DNA from: Antedon mediterranea
Taxonomy: Eukaryota > Animalia > Echinodermata
Length of the DNA stretch: 64,000 bases
Assembly: GCF_964355755.1 (NCBI RefSeq)
Contig: NC_092674.1
Location: 5,828,001-5,892,000, forward strand
Direction: 5' to 3'
Below the pieces are notes generated by a model. The model was not told where the DNA came from and searched no databases. It was given only the letters and a program-made list of their open reading frames with translations. The translations under genes and the position numbers were made by a program. Shown piece by piece: positions 26,601 through 39,039 of the stretch (positions are counted from its first letter, which is position 1; the number at the start of each line of letters is the position of its first letter).

Positions 26601-29600
26601 AAAATTATTGATCAAAATCGCCATAACTGGAAACATTACTTACAATTGGTTTCGTGGTCACAAGTTCTGTATGCCTAGCATTTGCTTGACCTATCTCTTG
26701 AACCGTTTGAGGTCGGGTCGATAGTGACTCTATAGCCTCTGTTACAAACTTGTCTATATCTGTCACATGGCTGTTGATAGATCGGCGAAGAGAGTTGAGG
26801 AGAGCATCAAAGAGCTGTTGAATATGGTCATCAATCACACCTCTTACCGGTGTTGTTGATACGGTGATACAGTCAACCTTAATTTGGCTATACAAAAGTA
26901 TTAGAAAATAAAAACTATTATTAAACTCTGTCGACACTAGCAAACTACTGTAGTTTGACAAAAGAAGTGTGATGTGCCCAAATATGGCAGTGATATGCCC
27001 AAATATGGCAGTGATATGCCGAAATATGGTAGTGATATGATAGTGAATGATTATCATGTCCCTATATGTGCATATCACATTGTTTTGTTACATAAACTTT
27101 TATAGTGTAGACAGAGCTTTACATAATGAAAATGTTGACTTTGAAGGCTAGCTATTACAACTATTCTTTCAAAGCCGTTGAATTTATAGAGGGCGCATAG
27201 AAAAGATAGGTTATGCGACATATTTTTACAAGCAAGTTATTTTGACTGAATGATCAGTGTGTGAGGTTATGGATCTAAAACACCTGAGATCAAAACCCAT
27301 CAAGATCACTGGACTTGGTCGTGGTTTAATTGACTAGGCAATATAACATGTCATATCACCCTTTTGGGTAATATAACATTTTCTATCTTCGTCACGGTAG
27401 CCATTTCGACTAACATTTTCAAATTCACATAGGCTCAGGGCTGCAAATTAAGGGGTATTTGGTCGCATTTGCGACCTAATTTTTCTGTTTGCGACTAAAG
27501 AAACAGAATAGGTCGCGCATAGCGCGACAAGATCGTCTGCTTGTGCGAGTTGTTTCAAATTGAAGTCGGGTGTGTTTTCCCTATTTCAAACACTGTGTAA
27601 TTTAATCTCTCTACTACGGAAGGCTCAGGAGTTTCCACTAGTCACCGCCGCCGCAAAGGTGTCAGGTTCATTCAAGCGTACAAAGCCCCTAAACATTTTA
27701 CACTCGTTGTGATTGGAAGTTCGTTGCATGCTGCCTTAACCAATCACACAAAAGGACACCAAACACACAGCACAGTGTGACGCGCGGACGACACAAACCT
27801 CGTGGAAAATCACCTCCGTTTTAAAGAAGGAATATAAAATCAATTGTACCGCCGTACACAGAAGTTAGCCAGGGCGGGCGCGGTAGATACAAAGGATTGT
27901 CGCCGCGCAGTCATCAGCATTTTTTAGGCAGTATAAATGGTTATATCATGATTAATAAATAATGTAATTAATGATATGTATAATAATATCTATTCATTAT
28001 ATAGATTAAACAGCAGTATTGTTTATCAGTAGATTTAATACTTTATTCCAGATTCTGATTATCGAAAATTATATATCAGAGAAAATACCGCAACTTTTCC
28101 TACAAAGTAGCTTCGTAGATAAAACAGGCTACGTTGTTGGCTTTGTAGGTTACATTGTTTGGCTTCGTTAGTAACCTCAATAAACAACCTCACGATGTTC
28201 TTAGTAAGTAACAAGGTGTGAACATTATTATTTAATGTGTTATTTTTGACTGGCGGAGAGGACCAATTTGTACATTACTAAGAAATATATAATATAATAG
28301 TTTTTATTTGTAAATATTTCATTCGTGTGTGTTTTTTTACTCTCAACGGCGAATATAAATTTCTCACAATGTAAACGTAGAGACACGATCCAACACAATG
28401 AACTATGCCAACTAATAAAAATAATATAGCGAACGTCCAGTCGATCCAGAAACATGCAAACAAAAAGATCGTAAACAATTCATTCTAAATATAGTATCAG
28501 AACGTTCAATCGGTCGCTCAAAAAGACTGCCGACAGAAGACCGTAATTAATACAGACCTAGTTTTTTGGTCACATGTCATGAAACGCGATACTCTGTTTT
28601 ACCACCGCAAACCTCTCGCATGTTTTTTTTTACTCGGTACGAGGGGGATGGCTACAAAACAGTGTACCTGAATTTTGCGTCACATGAAACGTAATACAGC
28701 TCTAAACTGTTCCCACGGTCCACACGTTTTTCCCCTCCAAATTCTGGTCGGGTCTTTTGTCGTAATAATAATTTACAAAGGCCTATGTTAAATCTTAACA
28801 TGGAATATATATTTATTTTGCATATATTTTGTTGGTGTCCTAGCCAAGGTGTTGTTGTTTTTATAATTCGCTAAACCAAGGTAGGATTGAATCATGTAGG
28901 CCGCCGAAACTCTCTCTGCTGAGGGCCCGATTTCGTCTCGTCGGCGGATGTCCTGCCAAATTAGGACAACCGATGTGTAGGGCGGCTACAAAAATTAACG
29001 TCTTAGACTAGGATTTTAATTAGCCAACAATATATGTTTGTTTCCATTGTTTATGCTCCTAACTAAAGGCGATGACATTGGTGTTTACAAACCGTACGAT
29101 CGACGCGTAGATATTATCATAAAATCGTAGGCATGGCAACGAACAATACTTTGGAAATTACAGGATATGTTTAGCCATGGAGGAAATTTTTTCCTCCATG
29201 GTTTAGCGAACAATAACCTACGATCTATTTACGCGTAGGCTACGAAAGGTTACGCGTATATACAAAGCAGTAATTTCTTTCTGTACCGTAACAATAATAG
29301 ATCTTGCGTGAATATAAGTGGCGCATCAGGACCAGTGCCTAAAAAATGTGCATAACCCAAATTAATTGAATTCTTCAGTGCTGAATTTTTATGTGCTCAG
29401 AAATCGATTGAAACAACCTATAATTACTCAAAAATCGCCCCCCCCCCAAAGCGGGGCCATTGGCGGCCCCCTGACCCCCAGCCTAAGGTTGTACTGTATT
29501 TCATTTTTATACACCCCCCCCCTCTAAACTAAAAACGGATCTGCGCGGATGGGGTTTGAGGGAAGGGGGTTAGTTTGTAGATGAAAAGGTGCTACTAAAA

Positions 29601-32600
29601 AAATTGGTGGTGCTACCAAAAATTATTATGAGCCATCATAAAAATGTGATAGTGCTACCAAGTAAAAAAGTTAATTTGCAGCCCTGAGGCTATGCAATAT
29701 AATATATACATACCTTGGCAGTTTTTCTGCATCTCTACCTTTGCCTTTAAGAGCTTTGAAGTTCCTCTCCCAGTCAGGTACTGTATGAAGCTGTTCTTCT
29801 ATCAGCTTATCAAGATCAACTGAGCCAAGGACAACCCATGGCTTATAATAAAAGAAGATTGAAAAGTAAGGTTAGTCTTAGTAGTTAATATAGAATAGAT
29901 TAATGAAGAAAACCAGAGAGAAAAATTTACCTTGAATCTATGTAATGCCTGTAAAAGTTTATGGAAAAGCTCCTCAGCTTTGCGGTAAAGAAGAGGGAAG
30001 CGGCTTGCATTCCTTTCTATCATCACAGGAAAGATAAGCGTCTGGCCTGGGTGGGGGTCACTTAACCCTTTGAAGTGATTTGGGATACTAATAAACTTCT
30101 TTATTTCACGGAAGTACTTTGCTCGAATTTCTTCTAGTGAGGGTCGGAATTGAAGCTTTTGCTGCCTAGGAATAACAAAAACAATATTTAAACGATACTG
30201 TACATTATAAATACATAAACAATTTATCTTACGCCTTATCAACAAATTTCAAGAATTACAGATATCCAAAAAAAATAAAATGTTAATGTTAAAAATGTTT
30301 AGGAGCTTTTTATTTGAAACAAAAAGTTTAAAATGTCCAGTTTACTGAAAACTCCGGTGTTCATATGCATTTGGGGAAAAATGACTACAAGACATTTGTT
30401 TCTAGCCATAAGAGTTTTGAGTAGAAACATACCTGTATACGATTTCCACTTTGATCTCTGGTAGGTTTTCATGTAGAGCTTCCAGGCCCATCTGATACTG
30501 GTGTTCCAAGGCCTTGTACAGTTGTCTATCCCAGTGTAGCTTCCATGTTTTCATGTCTTCTAGCTTATAGCCCTATACCATAAAAAAAAATATCAGTTAA
30601 TTACTAACACTGGTCTACCAACTATTAGGGATCACAACACCTAACTAGCTCTAATGTGTAATCGCTGAAACCACAAAAAAAGCATTAATACAGTGACCTT
30701 GTATACAAATTAAAAAAACACTACACTGTAGGACATAATTAACTGTTCACACAAAAAGTGTTTCGTAAACACTGATTTTCTATTTGCAGTGTCCACCGAA
30801 AAAGTAAAAGTTTGAGCTCTTTGGATTTTGTGAAACCAGTAGAATATGCTTATTGCCGAAGTAGCTCAGTACCTTGCTGTGTAGATCTGCCATTATGGTT
30901 CTGATATCATTCAGGCCTTCCTTCCAACGTGATGGCTGTCTCAGAAGATCTACGTTCATAAGATAGACTACCTGAAATTATAGATAACCAGATACATGTT
31001 GTTATTATTATCATCACTTTTTTTAGGACTTTCATTGAACCATGTCTTAAGAAACTCTCTATCAAGAGATGTCTAGTTCTCAAAATTGTTGTGTGAAAGA
31101 AGAGGATTTATAAAGCGCTTCTTCATTATAGATCAAAGTATTGTATGTACATAATCGTATTCTACATTAAACTCTGTCTACACTATCAAACTAGTTTGAC
31201 TAAAAAAATGTGATGTGCCCAAATTTGGAAGTGATACGTCCAAATATGGCAGTGATATGACATCATCATGTACATATACGGGCACATCAAATTTGTTTGT
31301 TACATAAAGTTTGCTAGTGTAGATAGAGCAATTTAATTTGTAATTTAACAATCTAATCAACCTTTTCTGAGATAGTATTGTGAATTTTACGTAGCCGCCT
31401 GTTCTCGGTGGTCAGGCGCTCAGCTGCAGCCTGCAACTTCTGGATATAGGCTTCCAGTTCTTCTGGATTATCCCAAGTAACTTGCAACTTGCCATCAGAT
31501 TCCTTCGCACCTTTCTTGGGATTCTTTATGATGTTTTGAAACGCTATGGCTGATGTCAACATCATTGGCCGTTGGCTTGGAATCATCTGTTCAGCTATGG
31601 TGTTATGGAAATGAGCCACCTTTAATATGCAAATTAACAAGAAAAAACATTCAATATTACAATATTAATGGTAAGTGGGTGCAACTGACAAGTAAAGACT
31701 GCTTACTATATGTAAGTCGAGTAAGCACCTCAAACAAGTCTAACAAGTTTGTTTATTATATATTTATACTGGCCAACCTCTTCAGTCAAAGACTGGTCTC
31801 CCCGAGGACCCAGTCTCGAAAGATGTACTAGGTTCTTTAAAGTGCACATGAGCTATATGTGTACACTGGACCTACGGTTTATAGTCCTTATCCGAGAAGA
31901 CTCGTTCTACCACCAGAACCATGGAGTGCAGTGAGCCTCGAACCCGATGTTATAGCTATGTAATTATGGTTCCACTGCAGCTCGGCCACACACTTAATCA
32001 CAAATGAAAAAAATTCTCGTTCACAACATTATCAGGACAAAGCCAATAGCAGTAAAATAACATGTAGCGGTAAAATATTTATAATACTTTTAATAAGTTT
32101 CTGATTAAATTTCTTGTGATTTAGCAATACACTTACCTGTTTCAGGATAACACCATGTCGGTAAAACTTCTGAGCAATATTTGCCGTGTGTTGGATCTTA
32201 GCTGGTATAGCAAAACCGAGACCTTGAAGCTGACGCACTTCACGTAGAAGAGTCACTAACTTGTCACCATAATTGACCACAAGTTTGTCATCTCGTGTGT
32301 CAAAGTCCATCAAACGTCCAGTTGTCTGTAAACTACAAAAAGAAGTCAAAATATCGAGAAAAATAAAGCTCCTGTTTTTTAAAATGAAATTAAGTATTGT
32401 CTTTAGCTTCTAGCATCGATACAAGTGCTAGTCAGTGGCTGTAATTATTTTGATTGGATGGTAGTTTAACTAACCTCATTGATAGTTTACTTTTATCAGT
32501 GTTGTATGCTAATCAGATGTCTTGAGGAAGTTATGATTTAATAACAAAAATAACTCTAAATGTATTAGGCATCATTTTCCATTACATTTGCTTATGATCA

Positions 32601-33369
32601 ATAAACAAATCTTACCCAAGTGGTTTCCTTGTATCTTCAATAGCAGCTTGTGTGTCTTGTGACCAAGTATCAAACTGATCTTGCCGCCAACTCTGCAACT
32701 CCTCCAATAGATCCAAAGAATCCTTTCTGAATCGACTGAATCCAGATAGATCATTTAGCAAAGCTTCTGCTGTGTGACTGGTTTCCTCGACCTGATAAAC
32801 AAGATATTTGATACAAGATAAAATACACTTAGTAACTGGATTTGTAAGATGTAAGCCTATTCTAAAGCTGTCTACACTATCAAACTAGATTGTTTCAAAT
32901 TAATTTCCTATCATCAGGATTGTGTATGTAAATACCCTTTATTATTTTCCTATATTTAGATGAAGTTTAAATGGACAGGGAAGTACTAGTAATAAAGAAT
33001 AAATTCAGCAGAAACTGTCAAACAAATAGAAACCTTAGCCTCCAGCTGTCTGACCCAGACAATGTTATTGGTGACCTCTGGTAAGTTCTTGCCCAACTTT
33101 GGCTTCCCTTCGTTTACTCTGGTGTTAAAATCCTCCTTGATGATTTTTATGTATTGTTGAAGCTGTTGCAGAAGTGTTTCCCTGAAGACCAAAAAGTATT
33201 AATTACTGAGTATAGTGCAGGGTATGGAATTTGGGAAAAATTAGCAGGTGCTTGCATTAAAAATCTTGAGTTCAGATTTAGCCTATGATCAAGCGGTTAA
33301 GACAGTGGAACCACCAATATCGACAAGGGTTCGAGTCTCACTCGCTCCATGGTTCTGGTGGTAGAACAA

Positions 33370-33403
<34 letters not shown>

Positions 33404-36400
33404 AGTGTACACAAAATGCTCATGTGCACTTTCATGTGTACATCTTTTGATGTGAGTAAGGGGTTACCTAATTGGTGTACTAGTTCACACAGCCACTGTC
33501 ACACATAGTCACTACTTAAACGTAGGCCTTCTAGTAAGCTTCCTAGTTCTGTTATAATCAATTTGTTGATTGTGGAACTAAATTAGGAGATGGGATTATA
33601 CTTGGTAATATAAATTGTATATAAAAACAATAATCATATAAAACAAAAATATAACATAATACATTGGCCATAACAGGGGTGCAGAATTCTACTTCTACAA
33701 GACCAAAATTAAAAAGGTTTAGTACAAAAACCTCTGCACTCGGGATGTGAAGGATAATAGATAAAACTGCCTACACTATCAAACTAGTTTGACAAAAAAG
33801 TGTGATGTGCCCAAATATTGTACATCATCATGTCTATATATGGGCACATAACATTTTTTTGTCTCATCAAATGTGATAGTGTAGACAGAGCTTTAAATGT
33901 ACCTCTCTGAAACTAGTTCTTTCTTGACGCTGTCTCTTTTGACAAGTTCCTTATAACGCTGGAATTCTCTAAGAAGCTGATGTGAATTTTTGCTCAGCTT
34001 TTGAAACTGGCCTCTCAACTTTCCTGCAATCCTCTGTTCCGCTGGTGCCATAGCTAGAAAATAAATTAAAGCATCATGTTACTTATGTTTTTATTTTTCT
34101 ACATATTTGGAAAGAAAAGTGGTTTTAAAATCTAGTTTTCCTTTCTCGTGTTTTGGGTGTATGGGTAATTTTTTTCTATAGTTAATGTCCCTGAAACATA
34201 GATAAACTATAACATCCATTACCGATAGAGAAAAGAAATAAAAGCAAGTGTAAAATTCAATATTCTGAGGCTGTTTATTTCGAAAGGGTTACCCTTCCTT
34301 CCAGCTGAACACACAGGGCACCTTATATCCAGGGGCACTGTTAAAATAGCAAAATATAAAAATGTAAACAAACAGAGATGCCTACCTCTTTCATATTGAG
34401 ACACGGCAGCTCTCCAAAGTGGTTGAGTATATGGGTTGTATTGTAGAGGGTTTAGGCCTGCAAACGGACTGAATGCATCACCAGTTCTCAGTTCTTGCTG
34501 CTCCCCAGCTGAAAGAAGCCTTACAAGTTGTTCATGGATACTTCGTAAGGTCATCACCTGAACAAAGAAACAACAAACATGGCATTTGAATAGTGGCTTC
34601 TCTGAAATCTTGTTGCCATTATCAAAATACATGTTTTTAATTTCTTTTAAAAAAATGTCATACACATCCAACAGTGAGTAACTCGCCAATTACAGGATGG
34701 ATAAACTATTTTATAATTCATTGTGCTTATAAACTAAAAGTCTTATTTGAGGCTTAGTGAGTGGAGTTGAAAGAGTCATGAGTTACAATCCTGGCACTAT
34801 GTTAGGATTGAACCCTGGACGTTGGGATTGGAAGGCAAACACATTAATCACCAAGCTACAGCCCCACTACAACCACCAAGCTACAGTTTCACTACTGTGG
34901 AACTTGCATACAAAAACACAGAGCAATATTAAGTAATAAATAATTTAAAGAGATCACTGGCCTAACCTCTTGGAGTCTCACTGACAGTTGTGACAACCCC
35001 TCTGGTGTGAATTTGTCATCCTTCCATGGGTTCATGGGCTCAGTCTTCCATAATTGACCAGTCAGCTTCTCACAAGACATAGTCCATTTATCGCAGATTG
35101 ATATCCCCCTCTGTAGAGCCTCACGGACACGGAAGAAAGGATCACGCCAGATGTCATAGTTGCTTAATTTGCGCTGTACAAATCTGCCGAGTTCTCCACC
35201 TAAAATTTGGTATGTAAAAACAATTGTGTTCGTTTGTGAGGGAGAAGCCCATATGCATATAAAATGAAATATTTCAGGCCGTTTCATATTCTTTTATGGG
35301 TTGTCTATTCTGGAATAATGGGATGTTAGTTCTATATGGTAGTAGGACCTTAAATATTTTATACAACACAATTTGTATTGTAAATTTGACAATTTATTCA
35401 CCTATAACATCTAACAAATGTTGCATTCTTCTTCCGGGGTAGGGGTCAAATTCCCCTTGCCTCCAAACCTCATCCACCGCATCGGTGGTTGTTTCAACTA
35501 TCTGCAGACCTTCGTCCAATGAGAATCCATCCAGATTACCATAATCCCTTGCGATTGGTTCAAACAGGGTTTGAAAATTCTGAGCACGTTCTTTTATGTC
35601 TAATGTGTTTCCTGACATGGCTACCTCAGCCCAATACTGGAACTCATCAGTAGGAGTCAGAATACCTATATTAGAAAATAATTGATTGATTGATTGATTG
35701 ATATTTCAAATTAATTACACAATAAATTTAACATTTTATGCTTTAGGTAAAATATTTGTTTACCTCAATGATTTTAACTTTTATTGTGGGCATGTGGTGC
35801 AGTGTGTATGACATTGGACTACTGATTGTGAGGTCAAATTCAAAGCATCGCATTGCTTGTATCCTTAGGCAAGACCCATTACTTAAGTTTATGCTTCTCC
35901 CCACCCAGGTGTACAAATGGGTACCTGGTAAGGTCAAGACACAACTCTGCGCTGATTACTACTGTAGCTGCATTATGGGAGTATGTTTCATACATGTTTG
36001 ATCTAAAATTTGGGTAATAATATGTACAGCACTTAGAGGTTCCACAACAGTAGGTGCTTTATAAATCCAGGATATTATTATTATTAATAGCAATGACTGG
36101 ATTTCAATACAAAATTGAAAATTAACTCATTATCAAAGTCAGAGAGAAATACTAAGCTCCATTCTAACATTAGTCCTTCATTGGGGCTTATGAAAGATAA
36201 AAAAATAATACAGAATCTTATGATACCTCCAAGGCTATCTTCTTTCGCAGGAGACCCTCGCTGAGTCGGGTCTTGTTTGCGGACAACACTGCTTAGCCCA
36301 GCTTCCAGTTGACTCAGCAAACTCTGTAGTTTGGGATCAAATCCTTGCGACCATTTCTCATCTTCAAGTAATAAAGGCGCGAACACCTAGAAAGCAAAAA

Positions 36401-37222
36401 AACAAAAATAAAATGTATTCTACAATGACAATAGATATTCAGTATAGTACATTTTATATTAAATTATTATTATTTAATTATTATCAAAATAAACAGTACT
36501 TACTAATACCTAGCCTCATAAACATAACTTAAGCTCTGTCAACACTATCATTCACACTTTATGTGACAACAAAATGTGATGTGCTCATATATGGACATGA
36601 TGATGTCAAATCTACCATATATAAGCTTATCACTACCATATTTGGGCACAAAAACTAGTTTGATTGTGTAGCCACAGCCTTAGTTTAAGTTGTTTCTGAT
36701 GCGTCAATGGTTACTTAATCATATTTAAAGTGCCTTGAAAATGTTAAAGAAATTTGTAACTTTACCCTTTTGACTGAATGGTAGAGTGAACTGATAGGAG
36801 AGTCAAGCATGCTTGATACAAGTACAACATTATGCAGGTTATCGGGTGTTATCACTACCGGTTGAGACTTGAAGAAGACAAACACTTTGTCTTTTGTTTC
36901 ACTCGGTTCCACCTGTAAAAAAAATAACATAAATAATATCACTCACAGAATATGACTGAGGTAATAGTTTAATAATTAATGTTAATTAGGATAATAAATA
37001 ATTTTTTATTAAAATTAATACCTTATTTGAGAGTTGGATGACCTTTTCATTTCCTCTATGTTTTAACTTTGCAGCCAGTAGTGAAACATTTCCATCGTCC
37101 AAGAACGAATTAATTTCTGATGTTCCATTTAGCCCGGTGATCTGCGGACTTGAAGTATCAATTGAGAAGTAGTTCCCAAATGTTGTTAGGATAAAATCCT
37201 TCCTGGAATCACCCGACCGCAT
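2633..37222 (-). CDS. DYNC2H1: Cytoplasmic dynein 2 heavy chain 1 (retrograde IFT motor); about 50 exons; 3'-partial, continues past the window start
   Basis: Collinear minus-strand exon ORFs with GT-AG boundaries: N-terminus [19 protein letters not shown] (ATG 37222); tail exons; linker [17 protein letters not shown] (~16000); AAA1 GPAGTGKT (~12820) and CFDEFNRL (~12165); AAA2 GPSGSGKST (~10535); AAA3 GPDGCGK (~8590); AAA4 GRSGVGRR (~6360); stalk/MTBD (3054-5070); start of AAA5 [13 protein letters not shown] (~2670). Last visible exon ends at 2633 with a GTTAGT donor. Confidence 0.96.
9625..9750. mobile_element. Short high-copy MITE, family A
   Basis: TIR AGCTCTGTCTACACTATCAAAC...GTTTGATAGTGTAGACAGAGCT; core GTGATGTGCCCATATATGGACATGATG..ATCACTACCATATTTGG. 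Related copies at ~2049-2164, 2930-3005, 15445-15570, 17493-17647, 26923-27119, 31169-31329, 32866-32890, 33765-33893, 36531-36681 and 46195-46310. Confidence 0.85.
11830..11939. mobile_element. Degenerate MITE, family B (AAGCTTGGTTC TIR)
   Basis: AAGCTTGGTTCTCACTAG...GTGAACCAAGCTT; related to the copies at 12577-12713 and 43716-44149. Confidence 0.65.
12286..12475. repeat. Degenerate fold-back (inverted-repeat) element
   Basis: CCGATTCTCGGTACTG..TATCTATCTGTATCA..ATATGGTAATGCAACATC pairs imperfectly with GATGCTGTATTACCAAATAT..TGATAC..AGATAGATA..CAGCACTGTGAATCGG. Confidence 0.5.
13820..14943. mobile_element. Non-autonomous DNA transposon, 14-bp TIR, 5-bp TSD (hAT-like)
   Basis: CAGGGCTCGATTTA...TAAATCGAGCCCTG; exact AACAC direct repeats at 13815-13819 and 14944-14948; subterminal CTAGCCC repeats. 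Confidence 0.88.
18870..19830 (+). repeat. Minisatellite, ~60-63 bp unit, upstream of GPCR copy 1
   Basis: Repeated AAATCTCTCTTAAAACAGCAGAAGAACCTGAAGGAACTA..GTTTG; roughly 15 diverging units. Near-perfect 63-bp units produce the repetitive 122-aa ORF 18966-19334. Confidence 0.92.
19922..20851 (+). CDS. Intronless class A (rhodopsin-like) GPCR, chemoreceptor-like, nested antisense in a DYNC2H1 intron
   Basis: 309 aa with seven hydrophobic segments; N-terminal NST/NKS glycosylation sites; TM2 SLALSD; TM3 [15 protein letters not shown]; TM6 FIICMFP; TM7 NPIIY; helix 8 REFR. Confidence 0.92.
   Translation: MNSTDGDRLIENNNKSMTLLVIVLLLSIISIITNIIVIITFVLTKKLWKKQNVFIVSLALSDIVTSAIITVSVIADFNRTHGVGFHYSKISNFDTFTLLYATTTTSILTFTAIAVDRYIALVWAPFNYNTIVTPKRCIIACILIWSIPIVCYFGSENIQINAQVHAQIHAKIHAIIYTSCFFLLLCFTCYLYLNIYQSLSHQNSAVIQQNAEEIERSKKLVKTFLTIIGVFIICMFPTFCYSVTYAVGIYTELNTDNSTNTYYVSMLATLNFLANPIIYWWRLREFRLAILRHIPYLKRHRPNSIAPIN
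20858..21390 (+). repeat. Tandem repeat, ~92-bp unit, about 6 copies, directly after the GPCR1 stop codon
   Basis: GATACAAAAATAGATTAATTTAAAGCTACTTTTAACTATG recurs at 20881, 20973, 21065, 21158, 21250 and 21344 (last copy has C for the first G). Confidence 0.95.
22010..22575 (+). repeat. Higher-order minisatellite (alternating ~65-bp subunits, ~133-bp dimer) upstream of GPCR copy 2
   Basis: AAATCTCTCTTAAAA at 22224, 22357 and 22557; subunits GCATAAAGAACCAGA.GGAACTAGTGTGAAA and CTGTATACTGGAAGGAACTAGCAGGAAGCAGGTGAG; core shared with 18870-19830. Confidence 0.88.
22778..23671 (+). CDS. Intronless class A GPCR, paralog of 19922-20851
   Basis: 297 aa, 7TM; [28 protein letters not shown] and NPIIYWWR; long stretches nearly identical to copy 1. 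Confidence 0.92.
   Translation: MNSIVRNGSSPIERIDIPITLVVVVLFLAIISVITNIIVIITVFSIKRLWKKQNVFIISLALTDVVSSAALIATTIVDLTITYDLQISSKLPYLNTLYISLATTSMCMFAAIAVDRSIALVWAPFNYDTIVTPKRYIIACILLWFIPILCYFLSAKTQIQGIIFATCFLVLLCFTSYLYFNIHRCLCHQNSAVIQQNVEEIERSKKLIKTFLIVIGVFVICMLPSFYISLMFSVGIYTGFNTEVLKRLYYVAVLALSNSLANPIIYWWRLSEFRLAILRHIPNIRRHRSPNSIASFT
24365..24610 (+). repeat. Degenerate third copy of the GPCR-associated minisatellite
   Basis: CTGTCTTAAAC, GAACCAGA, GGTGTGAAAGCAGA and TTAAACCTGTATACTGGAAGGAA motifs shared with 22010-22575. Confidence 0.75.
24710..25060 (+). pseudogene. Truncated GPCR pseudogene (end of TM5 to helix 8 only)
   Basis: [14 protein letters not shown] is followed by TAA (CAA in the paralogs) and small deletions, then [15 protein letters not shown]...[18 protein letters not shown]1-TM4 are missing. 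Confidence 0.85.
25776..25997. mobile_element. MITE, family C (~200 bp)
   Basis: Ends GGATGATGAGCTC...GAGCTCAGCATCC; opposite-orientation relatives at ~46955-47150 and ~49600-49772 share CTTTGATCTTATG and GTCGCAGCCACAGATAA..CTTTGATCTCCGGAGCTC. Confidence 0.65.
27436..29686. mobile_element. Non-autonomous DNA transposon, 16-bp TIR, 5-bp TSD (hAT-like)
   Basis: CAGGGCTGCAAATTAA...TTAATTTGCAGCCCTG; exact AGGCT direct repeats at 27431-27435 and 29687-29691; subterminal TTGCGAC and GTGCTAC repeats; CpG-rich interior. Confidence 0.9.
29176..29200. mobile_element. 25-bp palindromic insertion with 7-bp TSD
   Basis: GTTTAGC-[CATGGAGGAAATTTTTTCCTCCATG]-GTTTAGC. Confidence 0.75.
31795..31990 (-). mobile_element. 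tRNA-derived Deu/Nin-type SINE (partial)
   Basis: Reverse complement of the head and core of the SINE at 44899-45260. Confidence 0.8.
33290..33520 (+). mobile_element. tRNA-derived Deu/Nin-type SINE (partial)
   Basis: GCGGTTAAGACAGTGGAACC..GGGTTCGAGTCTCACTCGCTCCATGGTTCTGGTGGTAGAAC..GATAAGGACTATAAACCGTAGGTCC, matching the 44899 copy. Confidence 0.8.
35790..36086 (+). mobile_element. Degenerate tRNA-derived SINE with an L2-like 3' tail
   Basis: Core GTATCCTTAGGCAAGAC...CCACCCAGGTGTACAAATGGGTACC (V/Meta-domain-like, from recollection); tail TGTACAGCACTTAGAG..GTGCTTTATAAAT..(TAT)n. Confidence 0.6.
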
Positions 37223-37599
37223 TGTGTTATTCACCAAAATTCATCAATCTAAAATACATTTATCAGAAAAGGTATTGAGTTAATTTAAAAATAGGCTAGG
37301 GCCTAGGCCTAAGTCATGAATGAAGTAATTGTAATAGTAGGAGCCCCCTAGAATAGGGCTAGCCTAGGCCTGCATGCAACGACAACCTAGGAAGGTGTTT
37401 GTACGAGTCGCATACAGATACAGATAGTAGGTCTAGCCTAGGCCTAGATTATAATAATCAATAATCAATAATAATAATTTATTTCTGAAATAAAAACAAA
37501 ATACAGTTAACATTTTCTAAAATAATAAATAAAAAAAGAGAAAAAGGGTACCCCACTGGAAGCTAAACTTTAAAATGTGGGGTCCGGGCAACATATTTA

Positions 37600-37630
37600 A
37601 GTAAGGTAAGGTAAGGTAAGGTAAGGTAAG
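37600..37630 (+). repeat. (GTAAG)n pentanucleotide microsatellite
   Basis: Six tandem GTAAG units. Confidence 0.9.
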
Positions 37631-37829
37631 AAACATGACATGATAATGAACAAAAAAGGCATTTATAAAAAAATGTGACATGTCTTTTTATTCAAGAATA
37701 TATTTATCGGATCTCCTCTCCATGACTAATCGGCGCCGACTAATCTAACTTCACTATGATCTTGCCTAGTTTAAATTATCATCATTACACTTCACTTTGT
37801 TTACTTTTTAGGCTAGGCCTAGGCCTTAG

Positions 37830-38360
37830 ACAAGGCCAGACTGAGGTGGCAAGACTCGGCAGCGGGTCCTGTCCGCCGTCGTCAAGACTGAGGCGTCTGG
37901 TTTCCAAGAAGATGAATCATAATTTAATAACTCATAATTATAGACCCCGACAGAAACAAATACACCCAATTGAACATGAAGACACTTTTACAATATATTA
38001 TGTAAATATTTCAATAAAATAGTAGAATTCATACCTTAGATAATTAAATACAGCATAATATAAATTGTTTGTACCTAAATAACATCTGTCTGAAAAAATA
38101 AAATAGGAATGTGTGTCAAATATGATAAACATTCTATGAAACGAGTTATCTGATTGGTTAAAACTACTTAATCTAAAGCTTGGACGAATAAGATTTCGCG
38201 ATATATACATCGCGGAATGTAATAGCTTTGCGCAGCCGCAGAAGTCATGTTGATAGACTGAAGGGTCGGGGAAATGAATGAATGCGAAAGGCAGATTTCC
38301 CTAAAATAATCTAATGAAGAACGCAATTTAACCTCTTTTTACGGCAAAATATTCGTAAGT
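37830..38360. promoter_or_regulatory. Probable shared (bidirectional) promoter region of DYNC2H1 and the DCN1-like gene
   Basis: Locally CpG-rich patches (37840-37900, 38190-38300) between divergent genes; ATTGG (CCAAT) box at ~38153; TTTCGCGATA at 38194-38203; weak X-box-like GTTTCCAAGAAGAT at ~37900. A splice acceptor near 37250, just upstream of the dynein ATG, implies a non-coding first exon. Confidence 0.45.
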
Positions 38361-39039
38361 TTAATTCAATATTAATCAAAGTGTTATCTGACGTAATATA
38401 TTTGTTGTAAGTTGTAGTATGGATGAGTTATGGTTCGTTACAAGTAGAACATTTGTGCGTGTAGTGAAAAGCCGAGTGTTGGTTGTCGTTTATTAGAAAA
38501 GGACTCACCAGGGGAGAACCCAGCACCCAGTTGTACTGCAAGTGGTGCTGTCACGATAAATATGGTCCGGGGCCAAAATCGGTCCGGCCGGACCAGTTTT
38601 GGCTCTAAAATTGTGGCCAAAAGCAGTCCGCCACTGCCTAAATCGGTCCGGGCTTTTCTTCTGTCGATTTTAATTGAATTACTAGGCCTATGATGCTGTT
38701 TTAAGTTGTTTATGGCTAGAAAAATATCCCATGATATATATTAGTAAGTTATCTTGTCGGATAAATACTATAAATAAATGTATTTTATCTACAAACATGA
38801 CTTAGGTGTTCACTCATATTTCGGCCTGCCACACACTCACATGAACGGGTATGAGACGCTGATATTGCCAGCTAGATTTTATTTATGATTGAGGCCTTTT
38901 CCTTCCTCAGCCTAATCAATATTGGATAATTGTTTTATAATAATTGCAGGGGCGCAGCCAGTGGGGGGGTCACGGGGGTCCTGACCCCCCCTTTTTTTTT
39001 AGAAAAAATAAATAAAAACATGAGACAACAATACAGATC